In this document: piece by piece, positions 1-9,946 of the stretch
How positions within the stretch are numbered: position 1 is the stretch's first letter
Layout: the number at the start of each line of letters is the position of its first letter
Origin: Rothia sp. (in: high G+C Gram-positive bacteria)
GTDB taxonomy: Bacteria > Actinomycetota > Actinomycetes > Actinomycetales > Micrococcaceae
Reading direction: 5' to 3'
Assembly (NCBI GenBank): GCA_030524105.1
Contig: JAUNHE010000008.1
Span: 64,128-128,127 of the forward strand
Length of the DNA: 64,000 nucleotides
Notes under the pieces: generated by a model
The model's input: only the letters and a program-made list of their open reading frames with translations
The model's database searches: none
What the model was told of the DNA's origin: nothing
Program-made: the position numbers and the translations under genes

Positions 1-407
1 TTGCTTCTATGCGGCTCTGCTCTAATGTTCCAGCCCAGCACGCTATTCAAACGGCTCTGGGCGGCTACCAGTCCATTAATGATTTGATCCTGCCTGGTGG
101 GCGCCTCAAAGAGCAGCGCGATCTTTCTTACCGCATGCTTAACCAGATGGACGGGGTCAGTTGCCAGCAGGCAGACGGCGCCCTCTATCTTTTTCCTAAA
201 ATAGACTGCCAGCGCTTTAATATCCGTGATGATGAGCAGTTTGTTTTGGACTTACTTCAGGAGCAAAAGATTCTTATTAGTCACGGTAGTGCCTTTAACT
301 GGGGGGAGCCGGACCATTTTCGCCTGGTCTTCCTGCCGGATGTCCAAACGCTTAAGTCTGCCTTGGAAAGGTTGGGTAATTTCTTGGCTGACTATCGGCA
401 GAACTAA
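1..407 (+). CDS. C-terminal fragment of a PLP-dependent class I/II aminotransferase (AlaT-like); 5' end outside window
   Basis: Open frame runs from the window edge. The tail ...ILISHGSAFNWGEPDHFRLVFLPD... looks like an aminotransferase C-terminal domain. No start codon lies in the window. Confidence 0.5.
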   Translation, partial: ASMRLCSNVPAQHAIQTALGGYQSINDLILPGGRLKEQRDLSYRMLNQMDGVSCQQADGALYLFPKIDCQRFNIRDDEQFVLDLLQEQKILISHGSAFNWGEPDHFRLVFLPDVQTLKSALERLGNFLADYRQN

Positions 408-430
408 GCAGGATGAGGGGGTGGGCCCTG

Positions 431-721
431 TCAGCGCTGCTCTTGTTCCTCTTGGGCTGCCTGCAGACGTTGGCGGGCTCCGTCGAGCCAGGCCTGGCAG
501 CGGGCAGCTAGCTGCTCTCCACGCTCCCACAGCGCAATTGTTTCTTCTAGGTTGGCAGAACCGGATTCCATGTCTGCTACCACCTGGATGAGCTCTTGGC
601 GGGCCTGCTCATAGGAAAGTTCAGCAACCGGTGGCCGGCTGGTCTCGCTCTTAAAATCAATATTTTCTTGGGCAGCTGCTTTCTGCTGGCTCATGGAGGC
701 CTCTCTTATTTTTCTTGACAT
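431..721 (-). CDS. xseB: Exodeoxyribonuclease VII small subunit
   Basis: ~85-96 aa. Motifs LSYEQARQELIQVV...LEETIALWERGEQLAARCQ match the XseB family. It sits immediately downstream of xseA on the same strand. An alternative start is Met10 at ~694. Confidence 0.85.
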   Translation of the reverse strand: MSRKIREASMSQQKAAAQENIDFKSETSRPPVAELSYEQARQELIQVVADMESGSANLEETIALWERGEQLAARCQAWLDGARQRLQAAQEEQEQR

Positions 722-770
722 CTTAAGAATGCTGGCTTACTAGTTTACCTAATCCCGCTGGGGGCTGCCT

Positions 771-2069
771 TTAGTCCCTAGCCGGTGCCGGGGTCACGGT
801 CTTTACTTCTGCCTGGGCACTGCCCTGAGCAAAGCGGAGCGTGAGGTTCTGGCCGCTACTTAAACTGCTGGCATCACCTACCAGTTGCCCGTCGCTGGTC
901 TGGACTAGGCTATAACCGCGTTCTAACGTTTGCTGGGGGGAGAGGGCCTGTACCCGAGCCTTAAGCTGTTTGATTTCTTGCCCTGAGTTTTTTAGCTGGG
1001 ATTGAACGGCTATTTTGCTGCGTTCCTGTAACCGGTCCAGGTCTTCTTCGCGTTGCAGCAGGGTTGAGTCCGGTGCGGCTAAGGCGGGCCGGCTCAGCAG
1101 CTGGGTTAGGCCCTGTTTTTCCCTGTCTAGCAGCTGGATCAAAGAGCGTTTGAGGCTAGTTTGGGCCTGGCTGATCACAAGTTTTTCTTCTTCCACATCG
1201 GGCACAATGCGTTTGCCGGCATCGGTGGGGGTGGAGGCTCTCAAATCTGCCACATAGTCAAGTAAGGGGCTGTCTGCCTCGTGTCCAATGGCCGAAACAA
1301 CCGGTGTTTTTGCTGCGTAAACGGCTCGGACCAGGGCTTCTTCAGAGAAGGGGAGGAGGTCTTCTAGGGAGCCACCACCGCGGGCAATAACGATGACCTC
1401 TACCTCGGGGTTGCTGTCCAGCTCGGCCAGGGCGGCGCAGACCTGCTTGAGGGCGTGCACACCCTGTACAGCTACTTCACGCACCAAAAAATCTACTGAA
1501 GGCCAACGCTGGCTAGCATTTTTAAGGACGTCTTTTTGGGCGTCTGAATCCCGGCCGGTAATGAGCCCAATACGCCGGGGCAGAAGGGGCAAAGCCTGTT
1601 TATGTTCTTGGCTAAAGAGCCCCTCTGCTGCCAGCTGCTGCCGTAGCTTTTCAATACGTTCTAGCATGCTGCCCAGCCCGACAGGGCGGATTGAGCGTCC
1701 CAGCATAGAGAGCCGGCCAGTTTTGACCCAAAAGTCTGGCTTGACCTGGAGCACAACCCGCTGGCCTCGTTCTAGCTCCTGCTCAAGGCGGGCTGTCTCT
1801 TGGGCAAAAAGGGTGACGGGGACAGAAACTTCTTCTGTTACATCCCGCAGAGTTAGGTAGGTGACTCTGGCCCTCTTGTTAAGCTCTATGATCTGACCTT
1901 CAACCCAGGTAGCCGGGCATTTGCCAAGGTAGTGGTGGAGTTTATGGGAAAGCTGATGGAGGGGCCAGGGGTTATCCGCAGAGGTCTGCGAGGCCTGCTG
2001 GGCAGGTTTAAGGCCCGGGTTGGCTTGGCCGTCTTGATCCAGCAAGGTTGGCTCTAAGGAATCAGTCAT
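771..2069 (-). CDS. xseA: Exodeoxyribonuclease VII large subunit
   Basis: N-terminal OB-fold region (ATWVEGQIIELNKR...YLTLRD) and catalytic core (IGLITGRDSDAQKDVL...VIVIARGGGSLEDLLPFSEE). The track ORF extends to 2204. An internal Met at 2069 (MTDSLEP...) gives a typical ~432 aa product and stops the gene overlapping the divergent neighbour. Confidence 0.85.
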   Translation of the reverse strand: MTDSLEPTLLDQDGQANPGLKPAQQASQTSADNPWPLHQLSHKLHHYLGKCPATWVEGQIIELNKRARVTYLTLRDVTEEVSVPVTLFAQETARLEQELERGQRVVLQVKPDFWVKTGRLSMLGRSIRPVGLGSMLERIEKLRQQLAAEGLFSQEHKQALPLLPRRIGLITGRDSDAQKDVLKNASQRWPSVDFLVREVAVQGVHALKQVCAALAELDSNPEVEVIVIARGGGSLEDLLPFSEEALVRAVYAAKTPVVSAIGHEADSPLLDYVADLRASTPTDAGKRIVPDVEEEKLVISQAQTSLKRSLIQLLDREKQGLTQLLSRPALAAPDSTLLQREEDLDRLQERSKIAVQSQLKNSGQEIKQLKARVQALSPQQTLERGYSLVQTSDGQLVGDASSLSSGQNLTLRFAQGSAQAEVKTVTPAPARD

Positions 2070-2180
2070 AAAAATATGGTGGCATGTTTGGCCAGCTTTT
2101 GGCTTATTATTTTCAAGGTTTATGTAAAAGTGGTCTTGTAGCAGTGGGCAGAACAATTGTTTTCGCGGTAGGTTAATGCC

Positions 2181-3329
2181 ATGCCACACAAAAAACAGCT
2201 TCACTTTCTTGGGGGCAGAGCAGCTTCAGCCCCCCAAAACCGGGCCGGCCTTGACCAAGCTGCCGCTGGCCAAGACCAGAAAGTGAACGGGTCCTGGCAT
2301 AATCAACAGATTGCCCAGCAAAATCAGCAGCTACTGGTGCAGCCGCATACCGCCGCTTACTCCCCGGTGCCCCCTGCCCAGCCTGCGGCGGATGCCGCTA
2401 AACCACTTTTTGCCCCTTTACGCCGCTTCCTTGCCCTTCTTCTGGCCCTTTTGACCCTGCTGCTGGCCGGCTCTGCGGCAGGAGCCTACTGGGCCCAGAG
2501 CAGTATTGTTGACCCTCAAGGTTTTGCTGCAATCAGCATGAACATGGCAGAAAACAAAGATTTTCAGGCAGAACTAGCCCAGGCAGTAACCCAGGATATT
2601 ATGGCCTCTGAGGCCCTTAGCCAATATCTGGGCAACGGCCAGGAGAGCGGGCTCTGGGGCAATGTTCAGAATTGGGCCCGCCAGCAGGTTGAGTCCGGTA
2701 TTTCTACCGCAGCGCAAACGGTGGTTGAAGCGGAATCCTACCCAGACATGTGGAAAGAAGTCATGGCCGATACCCATGACTACAACATGCAGGCCCAAGG
2801 CCAGGGTGCGGCCCTGGATCTTTCTGCCCTCTATAAGGAAATTGGCCAGCAAACCGGGACCGTGCTGGGGGTGGACACCAGCCAGGTGACGGCGGGTGAG
2901 CACCTGCTGCCCCTGGACCCAGCCAACGCTCACCCGCTGGGTCAGGCCCTGCAGGGTGTACAGGCCTATGCTGCCAGCTGGCCAGTTCAGCTTGCTTTAG
3001 CCGGGCTAGGCTTGCTGCTAGGGCTGCTCCTGTGGCCGGGCAACCGCTGCTACTATCTAGCCTTTATGCTGATGCTGGCTGGGGCGGGTTTTTGGCTGCT
3101 CAGTTTAGGTTCTGCCCTGCTGGCATCCTCTCTTGATTCGCTGTCGATTCCTAGCTCAGTGGGCCAGGTTTTTATGGCCCAGCTAGCCAGCGAGTTGGCC
3201 AGCTCCTTTAAGGCCTTCATGCTTACGTGGGTAGCCCCAGCACTGATCGCCGGTGTGCTCTTCTTTTTCCTGGGCCTTGCCCTGCAGTTAACTAAATTCT
3301 CTGTTAGAGCAGTTACAGGGCGTGCATGA
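2181..3329 (+). CDS. Hypothetical integral membrane protein with a Q/P-rich N-terminus and several TM segments
   Basis: Long hydrophobic stretches ([53 protein letters not shown]). It diverges from xseA across an AT-rich 110-bp spacer. Its stop overlaps the ispH start as ATGA at 3326-3329. Confidence 0.5.
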   Translation: MPHKKQLHFLGGRAASAPQNRAGLDQAAAGQDQKVNGSWHNQQIAQQNQQLLVQPHTAAYSPVPPAQPAADAAKPLFAPLRRFLALLLALLTLLLAGSAAGAYWAQSSIVDPQGFAAISMNMAENKDFQAELAQAVTQDIMASEALSQYLGNGQESGLWGNVQNWARQQVESGISTAAQTVVEAESYPDMWKEVMADTHDYNMQAQGQGAALDLSALYKEIGQQTGTVLGVDTSQVTAGEHLLPLDPANAHPLGQALQGVQAYAASWPVQLALAGLGLLLGLLLWPGNRCYYLAFMLMLAGAGFWLLSLGSALLASSLDSLSIPSSVGQVFMAQLASELASSFKAFMLTWVAPALIAGVLFFFLGLALQLTKFSVRAVTGRA

Positions 3330-4456
3330 GGGTCCGCTCAACACGTAGGATAGGGGGTATGTCTGTAACACAGGTTGATACTTCCGTTCCCTTAGGTTTG
3401 CCCCAGCTGCCCCGCCAGCGTCGCTCCAGGCAGGAGGTGGAGGCCGCAGCCCCGGTTCTTGGGCAGAAAAAGGTCCTCTTAGCCGCACCCCGGGGCTACT
3501 GCGCCGGTGTTGACCGGGCTGTTATTGCGGTGGAAAAAGCCTTGGACCATTACGGGGCACCGGTTTATGTGCGTAAACAGATTGTTCACAACCGCCATGT
3601 GGTAGAGACCCTGGAGGCACAGGGCGCTATTTTTGTTGATGACGTTGATGAGGTTCCGGCCGGTTCGGTCACCGTTTTTTCTGCCCACGGTGTCTCGCCG
3701 GCCGTGGTTGCTGCGGCCCAAGAACGGAACCTTAACACTATTGACGCCACCTGCCCGCTGGTCAATAAGGTGCACCGGGAAGCAGTGCGTTTTGCTAAGC
3801 AGGACTACGATATTCTGCTGATTGGCCACACCGGCCATGAAGAAGTTGAAGGTACCGCCGGTGAAGCCCCGGACCATATTCAAATTGTTAATTCACCCGA
3901 TGAGGTGGATTCGGTGCAGGTGCGTGATCCGCACAAGGTAGTTTGGCTATCCCAGACTACCCTCTCTGTGGACGAAACTTTAGAGACAGTTGCCCGGCTA
4001 CGGCAGCGCTTTCCCTCCTTGCAGGATCCACCCTCAGACGATATCTGTTACGCAACCTCCAACCGGCAAGGGGCCATTAAGGAAATCTCCCCCCAGGCTG
4101 ATTTGGTGATTGTTGTTGGTTCAGCTAATTCTTCTAACTCGGTCCGCCTCAAGGAGGTGGCCTTAGAATACGGGGCTAAACGGGCCGAACGGGTTGATTT
4201 TGCCCACCAGGTGGACGAGGCCTGGTTTGAAGGGGTGGCAACCGTAGGGCTTACCTCGGGTGCTTCTGTGCCCGAAGTTTTGGTGGGCCAGGTTCTGGAG
4301 CTGCTGAGCCAGTACGGATACCAGCTGGTAGAAGAGGTTGAGACAGCTAAAGAGGACATTCTTTTCTCCTTACCCAAGGAACTGCGCAGCGCCTTAAAGA
4401 ACGACCAGGATGCCGGCCGCCAGCTGGGTGGCCGGGGAGCTAAGCCAAACCGTTAA
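3326..4456 (+). CDS. ispH: 4-hydroxy-3-methylbut-2-enyl diphosphate reductase (IspH/LytB)
   Basis: [44 protein letters not shown] and [15 protein letters not shown] are IspH signatures. An actinobacterial-type N-terminal extension is present. An alternative start is MSVTQ at 3359. Confidence 0.9.
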   Translation: MRVRSTRRIGGMSVTQVDTSVPLGLPQLPRQRRSRQEVEAAAPVLGQKKVLLAAPRGYCAGVDRAVIAVEKALDHYGAPVYVRKQIVHNRHVVETLEAQGAIFVDDVDEVPAGSVTVFSAHGVSPAVVAAAQERNLNTIDATCPLVNKVHREAVRFAKQDYDILLIGHTGHEEVEGTAGEAPDHIQIVNSPDEVDSVQVRDPHKVVWLSQTTLSVDETLETVARLRQRFPSLQDPPSDDICYATSNRQGAIKEISPQADLVIVVGSANSSNSVRLKEVALEYGAKRAERVDFAHQVDEAWFEGVATVGLTSGASVPEVLVGQVLELLSQYGYQLVEEVETAKEDILFSLPKELRSALKNDQDAGRQLGGRGAKPNR

Positions 4457-4487
4457 GAGCCGGGCCCCGGCAGCAGGCGGCCCTGTT

Positions 4488-5678
4488 TTAGCTGTTTTCT
4501 TGCTGGTCAGCTGCCTGGGTAAATTCCGGTGCGGTCAGCGGCCTGGTTGTGGCTTCGAGGGGTTTGGCTTCTAGGCTGTCCTGTAGTTGGGCGGAGTCTA
4601 GATCGGCTATTTTTCTGGCGGTAACAAGAACCCTGGTTTCTAGGGATCCCACCAGCGTATTGTAGGATTCTACGGTTTTATTAAGGGTGTTGCCCATGTG
4701 CTGCAGGTGGGATCCTGCCGTGCTTAGACGCTGGTAGAGCTGCTTGGAGAGGCTAAAGAGCTCCCGGGCGTTATCGGTTAGGGCGTCCTGGCGCCAGGAG
4801 AAGGAAATAGCCTTAAGCGCTGCTAGCAGGGATACCGGGGAAACTAAAGCAATGTTTTTTGAGGCGGCGTAGTCCAGCAGGCCTGGATCGGCTTTTAGGG
4901 CTGCTGAGAGGGCGGATTCTACCGGTATAAAACAGAGGGTGAGCTCAGGAGCAGCCTTGAAGCCAGACCAGTATTCTTTACCATACAAAATGCCGATGTG
5001 GCTGCGTACGGCTTTTGCGTGCTTGGTGAGCTCGCGCTCGCGTTGGCCTGGTTCTTTGCTTTCTTGTGCTTGGAGGTAGGCCGCTAGGGGGGCTTTGGCG
5101 TCTAGGACGATGCTTTTGTCGCCCGGCAGGTGAATAACCATGTCTGGCCGGATGTTTTTGTTTTTGTCTGAGCCAATGCTTTGGGTGGAGACTTGTTGGG
5201 AGTAGTCTACGTGGTTGGTCATGCCGGCGGCTTCAACTACCCTGTGCAGCTGGGCTTCTCCCCAGGTGCCGCGGGCGGAAGATGAGCGGAGCGCATTGGT
5301 GAGGGTTATGGTGATTTCCTGCAGTTTTTCTTGGCCGCGAGCAGAATTTTTGAGTGCTTCAGAGACGGACCCGTACTGTTGTGAGCGTTGTTGTTCCATG
5401 CTGCGTACCGACTGTTCCATGGTGTTGAGCTGGTTGCGCAGGGGGGCTAGGGCTTGGAGAATGTCGGCGTCGTATTGGGCTCTTTGTTCTAGATCTTCTA
5501 CTCGTTGGGTTAGCAGTTCTTTAGCCTGGTGGGCGGCGGCGTAGTCTGCCTGTAGCTGCGATTTTTCCTGCAGGATGTCTTGGCTGGGGGTTTGTTTGCT
5601 GCGGGCAAGAAACCAGCCGGCTGCGAACCCTAGGCAGAGGGCTAGCAGTATTGCCAGAATGAGTGTTAGTGCGTCCAT
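4488..5678 (-). CDS. rmuC: DNA recombination protein RmuC
   Basis: N-terminal TM helix followed by a long coiled-coil and an RmuC-type C-terminal domain (PDMVIHLPGDKSIVLDAK...LCFIPVESAL). Confidence 0.75.
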   Translation of the reverse strand: MDALTLILAILLALCLGFAAGWFLARSKQTPSQDILQEKSQLQADYAAAHQAKELLTQRVEDLEQRAQYDADILQALAPLRNQLNTMEQSVRSMEQQRSQQYGSVSEALKNSARGQEKLQEITITLTNALRSSSARGTWGEAQLHRVVEAAGMTNHVDYSQQVSTQSIGSDKNKNIRPDMVIHLPGDKSIVLDAKAPLAAYLQAQESKEPGQRERELTKHAKAVRSHIGILYGKEYWSGFKAAPELTLCFIPVESALSAALKADPGLLDYAASKNIALVSPVSLLAALKAISFSWRQDALTDNARELFSLSKQLYQRLSTAGSHLQHMGNTLNKTVESYNTLVGSLETRVLVTARKIADLDSAQLQDSLEAKPLEATTRPLTAPEFTQAADQQENS

Positions 5679-5768
5679 GCTTTAACCTTGCCAGACTGAG
5701 GGGCTAATGCCTTTACGCCGGGCGGTATCTAGCTAAAATACCCCTTATTTTGGGCCGGGTGGGCGGTT

Positions 5769-7079
5769 TTAGAGTAGGTCAAGTAGCTTGTAGATGATGG
5801 CGCTAAAGGCGGTGAGCCCGGCGAGGACAACAAAAATATTGCTGAGTTTACCCCGGTAGGGCTGGAGTACTGCCACCTTGTGGATGGCGTACATGGGCAT
5901 GATAAAGAGAACCAGGGCCATGATGGGCCCTACCAGGGTTTCTATGAGGCTTAGGATGCTGGGGTTAAAGATGGCTGCTAACCAGACGCAGGTAAAGAGG
6001 AAGCCGCTGACGGCCAGGCTGATGCTTTTATCGGAGATGCCACGCTTTTCTGTTTTAAAGTTGCTGCGGATGATTCCGACTGCTCCTTCGTGGGCGCCGA
6101 GCCAGTGGCCAAAGTAGGAGGATGAGATGGCGGTAATGGCAACGATGGGGCCTAGGATGCCGATAAAGGGGGTGTTGAGGTCGTTGGCTAGGTAGGAGAG
6201 GATGGGTAGGTTTGCCTGGCGTGCCCGCTGCATGCCTTCTGGGCCTAGGGCTAGCACACAGGACCAGACAAAGATCATGGTAAAAACTACCAGGATGGTG
6301 GAGGTGGCTCGCAGAATCTGGCTAGCCTTGGCTGCTGACTGGAGGCCGTAGCTCTGGCGCATGGAGACAGAGAACTGTGAGATGGCCGGGGCATGGTAGA
6401 AGCTGAAAATGAGTACAGGGAGCATGAGCCAGAGGGCTAGGGAGAAATCTGCCGGGGAGGGTAGTAGCTTGAAGCCTGCAAAGGACCAGTGGGGGATGAG
6501 GTAGATTGAGACCAGCAGGAGCACCAGGATGAGGGGGTAGACCAAGAAGTTTGTGATGGCTAGCATTACTTTTTGGCTGGCTAGCATGACGGCTGTTAGT
6601 AAACCTACCAGGATGCCTGAGAGCAGCCAGCGCGGTGGGGAGTTGAGGCCTAACTGGTTGGTCAGTAGGGAGTCTACGGTGTTGGTGATGCCGACTCCGT
6701 AGATGAGTAGGACCGGAAAAATAGAGAGAAAGTAGAGGAGGGTAAAGGCTCTGCCGATGCCGGTTCCAAAGTACTGTTCGGTGAGGTTGGTGATGTTGGC
6801 ATCGGGTTTTTGACTGGCGCAGACCATGCGGGATAGGGCCCGGTGGGAGAAGTAGACCATGGGCCAGATAATGAGGGTGGCTAGCAGCAGGGGCCATACT
6901 CCACCGACACCGGCGTTGATGGGTAGAAAGAGGATTCCTGCACCGATGGCTGTGCCGAAGAGGCTGACTGTCCAGCTTGTGTCTTGTGCGTTCCATCGCG
7001 GCGGTTTGGGCGCTTGCGGGTCCATTTCTAGGGAGGCGGTGGAGGTGTTGCTGTATTCTTGAGCCTGCTGGTCAGTCAT
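5769..7079 (-). CDS. Hydroxy/aromatic amino acid permease (HAAAP family; SdaC/TdcC-like serine/threonine transporter)
   Basis: 11 predicted TM helices. The N-terminal motif WTVSLFGTAIGAGILFLPINAG is characteristic of SdaC/TdcC/TyrP. Confidence 0.6.
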   Translation of the reverse strand: MTDQQAQEYSNTSTASLEMDPQAPKPPRWNAQDTSWTVSLFGTAIGAGILFLPINAGVGGVWPLLLATLIIWPMVYFSHRALSRMVCASQKPDANITNLTEQYFGTGIGRAFTLLYFLSIFPVLLIYGVGITNTVDSLLTNQLGLNSPPRWLLSGILVGLLTAVMLASQKVMLAITNFLVYPLILVLLLVSIYLIPHWSFAGFKLLPSPADFSLALWLMLPVLIFSFYHAPAISQFSVSMRQSYGLQSAAKASQILRATSTILVVFTMIFVWSCVLALGPEGMQRARQANLPILSYLANDLNTPFIGILGPIVAITAISSSYFGHWLGAHEGAVGIIRSNFKTEKRGISDKSISLAVSGFLFTCVWLAAIFNPSILSLIETLVGPIMALVLFIMPMYAIHKVAVLQPYRGKLSNIFVVLAGLTAFSAIIYKLLDLL

Positions 7080-7329
7080 AAGTTTCCTTGCCGTGATGGG
7101 TGTGTGGGGCCAGGATGACGGTCCGTGCTGTATGGCCGAACCGTGTATGGTCTGGCACCCAAAGCCTACCTATAGGTTGGGCCTGTTGCGGGTGCTGGCT
7201 GCGGTGAGTCCTATTATTGGTCAAGAAAAGGGGACAGCTGCCCGTTTTTTGCTGGGGATCACGCCATTTTTGCTGGCGGGGCCTTTGCAGGCTGCGCTTT
7301 TGCTGGCTCGGAGCGGGTAAGCTGGATTT

Positions 7330-8433
7330 GTGGCTTTAACTATTGGAATTGTGGGTCTGCCCAATGTTGGTAAATCGACCCTTTTTAATGCTTTGACTAA
7401 GAATACTGTGCTGGCGGCTAATTATCCTTTTGCAACTATTGAACCCAATATTGGTGTGGTTAATTTGCCTGATGCTCGTTTGGACCGGCTGGCGGAGATC
7501 TTTTCTTCGGAGCGTATTGTGCCGGCGACGGTGTCTTTTGTGGATATTGCCGGTATTGTTCGGGGTGCTTCTGAGGGGGAGGGGCTGGGGAACCAGTTTT
7601 TGGCTAATATCCGTGAAGCCCAGGCTATTGCCCAGGTGGTGCGGGCTTTTGCCGATTCAGATGTGGTGCATGTGGACGGTAAGGTGGATCCGGCTTCCGA
7701 TATGGAGACTATTAATACGGAGCTGATTTTAGCGGATTTGCAGACTTTGGAGAAGGCTACTGTCCGCCTGGAGAAGGCTGTTAAGATTAAGAAGGCTGAT
7801 GCTGGGCAGTTGGCGGAGTATCGTAAGGCTCAGGCTATTTTGGAGCAGGGTTCTACTCTTTTTTCTCAGGTTGAGGAGGCCGATCTTGATCTTTCGCTTT
7901 TACGCGATCTTAATCTTTTGACGGCTAAACCTTTTATTTATGTTTTTAATGCTGATGAGCAGGTTTTGGGTTCGCCGCAGCGTCAGCAGCAGCTGCGGGA
8001 GCTGGTTGCGCCGGCCCAGGCTGTTTTTTTGGATGCCAAGCTTGAGGCGGACATGGTGGAGCTGGATGAGCAGGAGGCCCGGGAGATGCTGGAGCTGGCC
8101 GGGCAGGAGGAGTCTGGCTTGGATCAGCTGGCCCGGGTGGGCTTTTCCACTTTGGGTTTGCAAACCTATTTGACGGCCGGGCCTAAGGAGGCTCGGGCTT
8201 GGACTGTAAGTAAGGGTGCTACGGCACCGCAGGCTGCCGGGGTTATTCACAGTGATTTTGAGCGGGGTTTTATTAAGGCTGAAGTTGTTTCTTTTGAGGA
8301 TTTGGACGCTGCCGGTTCTCTGAGTGAGGCTAAGGCTCGCGGCAAGGTCCGCCTTGAAGGCAAGGACTACCTGATGGCTGATGGTGACGTAGTGGAGTTC
8401 CGGAGCGGGCTTGCCTCTGGGGGGAAGAGGTGA
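7330..8433 (+). CDS. ychF: Ribosome-binding ATPase YchF (Obg-family GTPase)
   Basis: P-loop IGIVGLPNVGKSTLFNALT, a TGS-like C-terminus and ~363 aa length. Confidence 0.9.
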   Translation: MALTIGIVGLPNVGKSTLFNALTKNTVLAANYPFATIEPNIGVVNLPDARLDRLAEIFSSERIVPATVSFVDIAGIVRGASEGEGLGNQFLANIREAQAIAQVVRAFADSDVVHVDGKVDPASDMETINTELILADLQTLEKATVRLEKAVKIKKADAGQLAEYRKAQAILEQGSTLFSQVEEADLDLSLLRDLNLLTAKPFIYVFNADEQVLGSPQRQQQLRELVAPAQAVFLDAKLEADMVELDEQEAREMLELAGQEESGLDQLARVGFSTLGLQTYLTAGPKEARAWTVSKGATAPQAAGVIHSDFERGFIKAEVVSFEDLDAAGSLSEAKARGKVRLEGKDYLMADGDVVEFRSGLASGGKR

Positions 8434-8607
8434 CTGCTAGGGGAGAACTATGGCCGAACTTCCTTTGAATCTTGACCAGGCAGCCGAGTGGGATGGCTGG
8501 TGGTGGCATCCGGGGTATTCGCTTTTAACGGCGTGCCGGGTGTCCGCCAGTGAAGCAGTTGTGGGGTTGTGAGGAGGGTAAACTTCAGAAATTCTAATTT
8601 CATGCAA

Positions 8608-8643
8608 AGAAGAGCTGCCCGATCGCTGGGCAGCTCTTCTTTT
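8608..8643 (+). terminator. Intrinsic terminator: 13-bp perfect stem, 7-nt loop, T-run
   Basis: agaagagctgccc-gatcgct-gggcagctcttct followed by ttt. It lies downstream of ychF at the left edge of the low-GC island. Confidence 0.6.
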
Positions 8644-8679
8644 AGCAGATATAGGTAAGCAGGCTTTACTTATATTTTT

Positions 8680-9234
8680 CTACCAGTTGCAAGCACTTGC
8701 GGGGCTTCTCTTAATAAGAGCCGCGGATATTCCACTACGCCAGCCAGGCCAGCTCCTACGGTAGCTCTCTAGGTCAATGTTGATTGTTCCGGGAAGACCT
8801 GCCACATGACATTCCCATTGCTGCGCCATGGTAGCAGAGCTCATTGAGCGAGGATGATGTTCACGTAAGTCTTTTAATCCTTCAGTCATCACATATGAAG
8901 GGTTAAAGGGTTGGTACCACCTTGCTAGCGCGGTAACCTGGAGTCTTACTTCCCAGCCACCTTTAGCCCAGCGCTCCCATACAACAGTATGAATCATTCC
9001 ACGCCTATAGACGGGGTCAGCAACTATAGGATATTGAATATCTGAAGCATCTTTATGAGAGACAACCTGGGTGATTACATTACCTTCAACTTGATAATGA
9101 GTAGGAACTTCATTGCCGTTCGCGTCCAGTGCCCAAGGCGGCGTGAAGCCGCCGATCAGTCCTCCGTCTGCGTCTTCAATTAAAACGCCTCCATGCGTTT
9201 CAAAGATGCGTGCACCTTCAGGAAGACGGAGCAA
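8680..9234 (-). pseudogene. Remnant of an uncharacterised (possibly secreted hydrolase-like) protein gene; low GC
   Basis: The 184-codon frame begins only with TTG, 3 codons after an in-frame stop. There is no signal peptide or credible N-terminus. GC is visibly lower than in flanking core genes. It contains a QQWECHVAGLPG Cys-His pair. Confidence 0.4.
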
Positions 9235-9282
9235 ACTTGGTGTTTACTGGTAGTTATGAGCATACATCGAGATAAGAAATTT

Positions 9283-9450
9283 ATGTTGGTTGTCACTGGA
9301 ATCGCTGTTCTTCTCGTGCTACTCTTTGCAGTATTCGTGTCCGGTGTTCTCGCCTTTTGGCTGGATCCAGAACCCGAACATGACACAAGAATCAGAACAG
9401 AATCTCAGGCAAGCGAAGTCGTGAACACCTCGTTTGGCATAGGCAACTAA
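9283..9450 (+). CDS. Putative 55-aa single-TM small protein (speculative)
   Basis: ATG at 9283 gives MLVVTGIAVLLVLLFAVFVSGVLAFWLDPEPEHDTRIRTESQASEVVNTSFGIGN: one hydrophobic helix plus a charged tail. Low GC and weak RBS. Confidence 0.25.
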   Translation: MLVVTGIAVLLVLLFAVFVSGVLAFWLDPEPEHDTRIRTESQASEVVNTSFGIGN

Positions 9451-9693
9451 CCTCTCCTTAAAGGGTTACCATCCGCCGTACACGCTTCTGGATTCTTGTC
9501 GCAGATGCATTTGTAGACAGTCTTTACCTCACTTGCTGCCCTCACCTAACGCTCTTCTTTCTTCCGGGAGTACTGCTTCTTCTTTTTCCTGGTAGGGAAA
9601 GTTCTGCCCGCATCCCGTCTCTTCCTTATCTTCTCTCTGAAGACTTATCTTCTGATTTTAAGTCTGCTTAATCGGACTTTGCTAACGCTCAGA

Positions 9694-9720
9694 CTCTCTA
9701 TCTCTCTCTCGCTTCTCTCC
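9694..9720. repeat. Imperfect (CT)n dinucleotide tract inside a ~450-bp pyrimidine-rich (+ strand) non-coding stretch
   Basis: ctctctatctctctctcgcttctctcc. The surrounding 9450-9900 has no ORF with coding character and strong CT/AG strand asymmetry. Confidence 0.5.
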
Positions 9721-9946
9721 ATGTGCTTTCCAACTCTCAACTGAGGCTCAGCCTGGTCGGTCAGTCGATTGGCACTGCGTACACAAGGTGCTGTGTCCAG
9801 TGCGTAGATGGCGAGAGGCTCTAATCTCTCACGCGGACGGCATATGCCTCGTAATCTGGTGATGCTGGGTATGCGTAGGTCTGCGACACGCCGGTAAGAC
9901 ATATTATGCACCGGATCACTTCCTTGAGACCAGACTCCTAATAGCA

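Noticed and set aside
7093-7320. 75-aa ORF in the permease/ychF divergent spacer
   Set aside because: It has no RBS and a Cys/Trp-rich unlikely composition. It sits in a promoter region.
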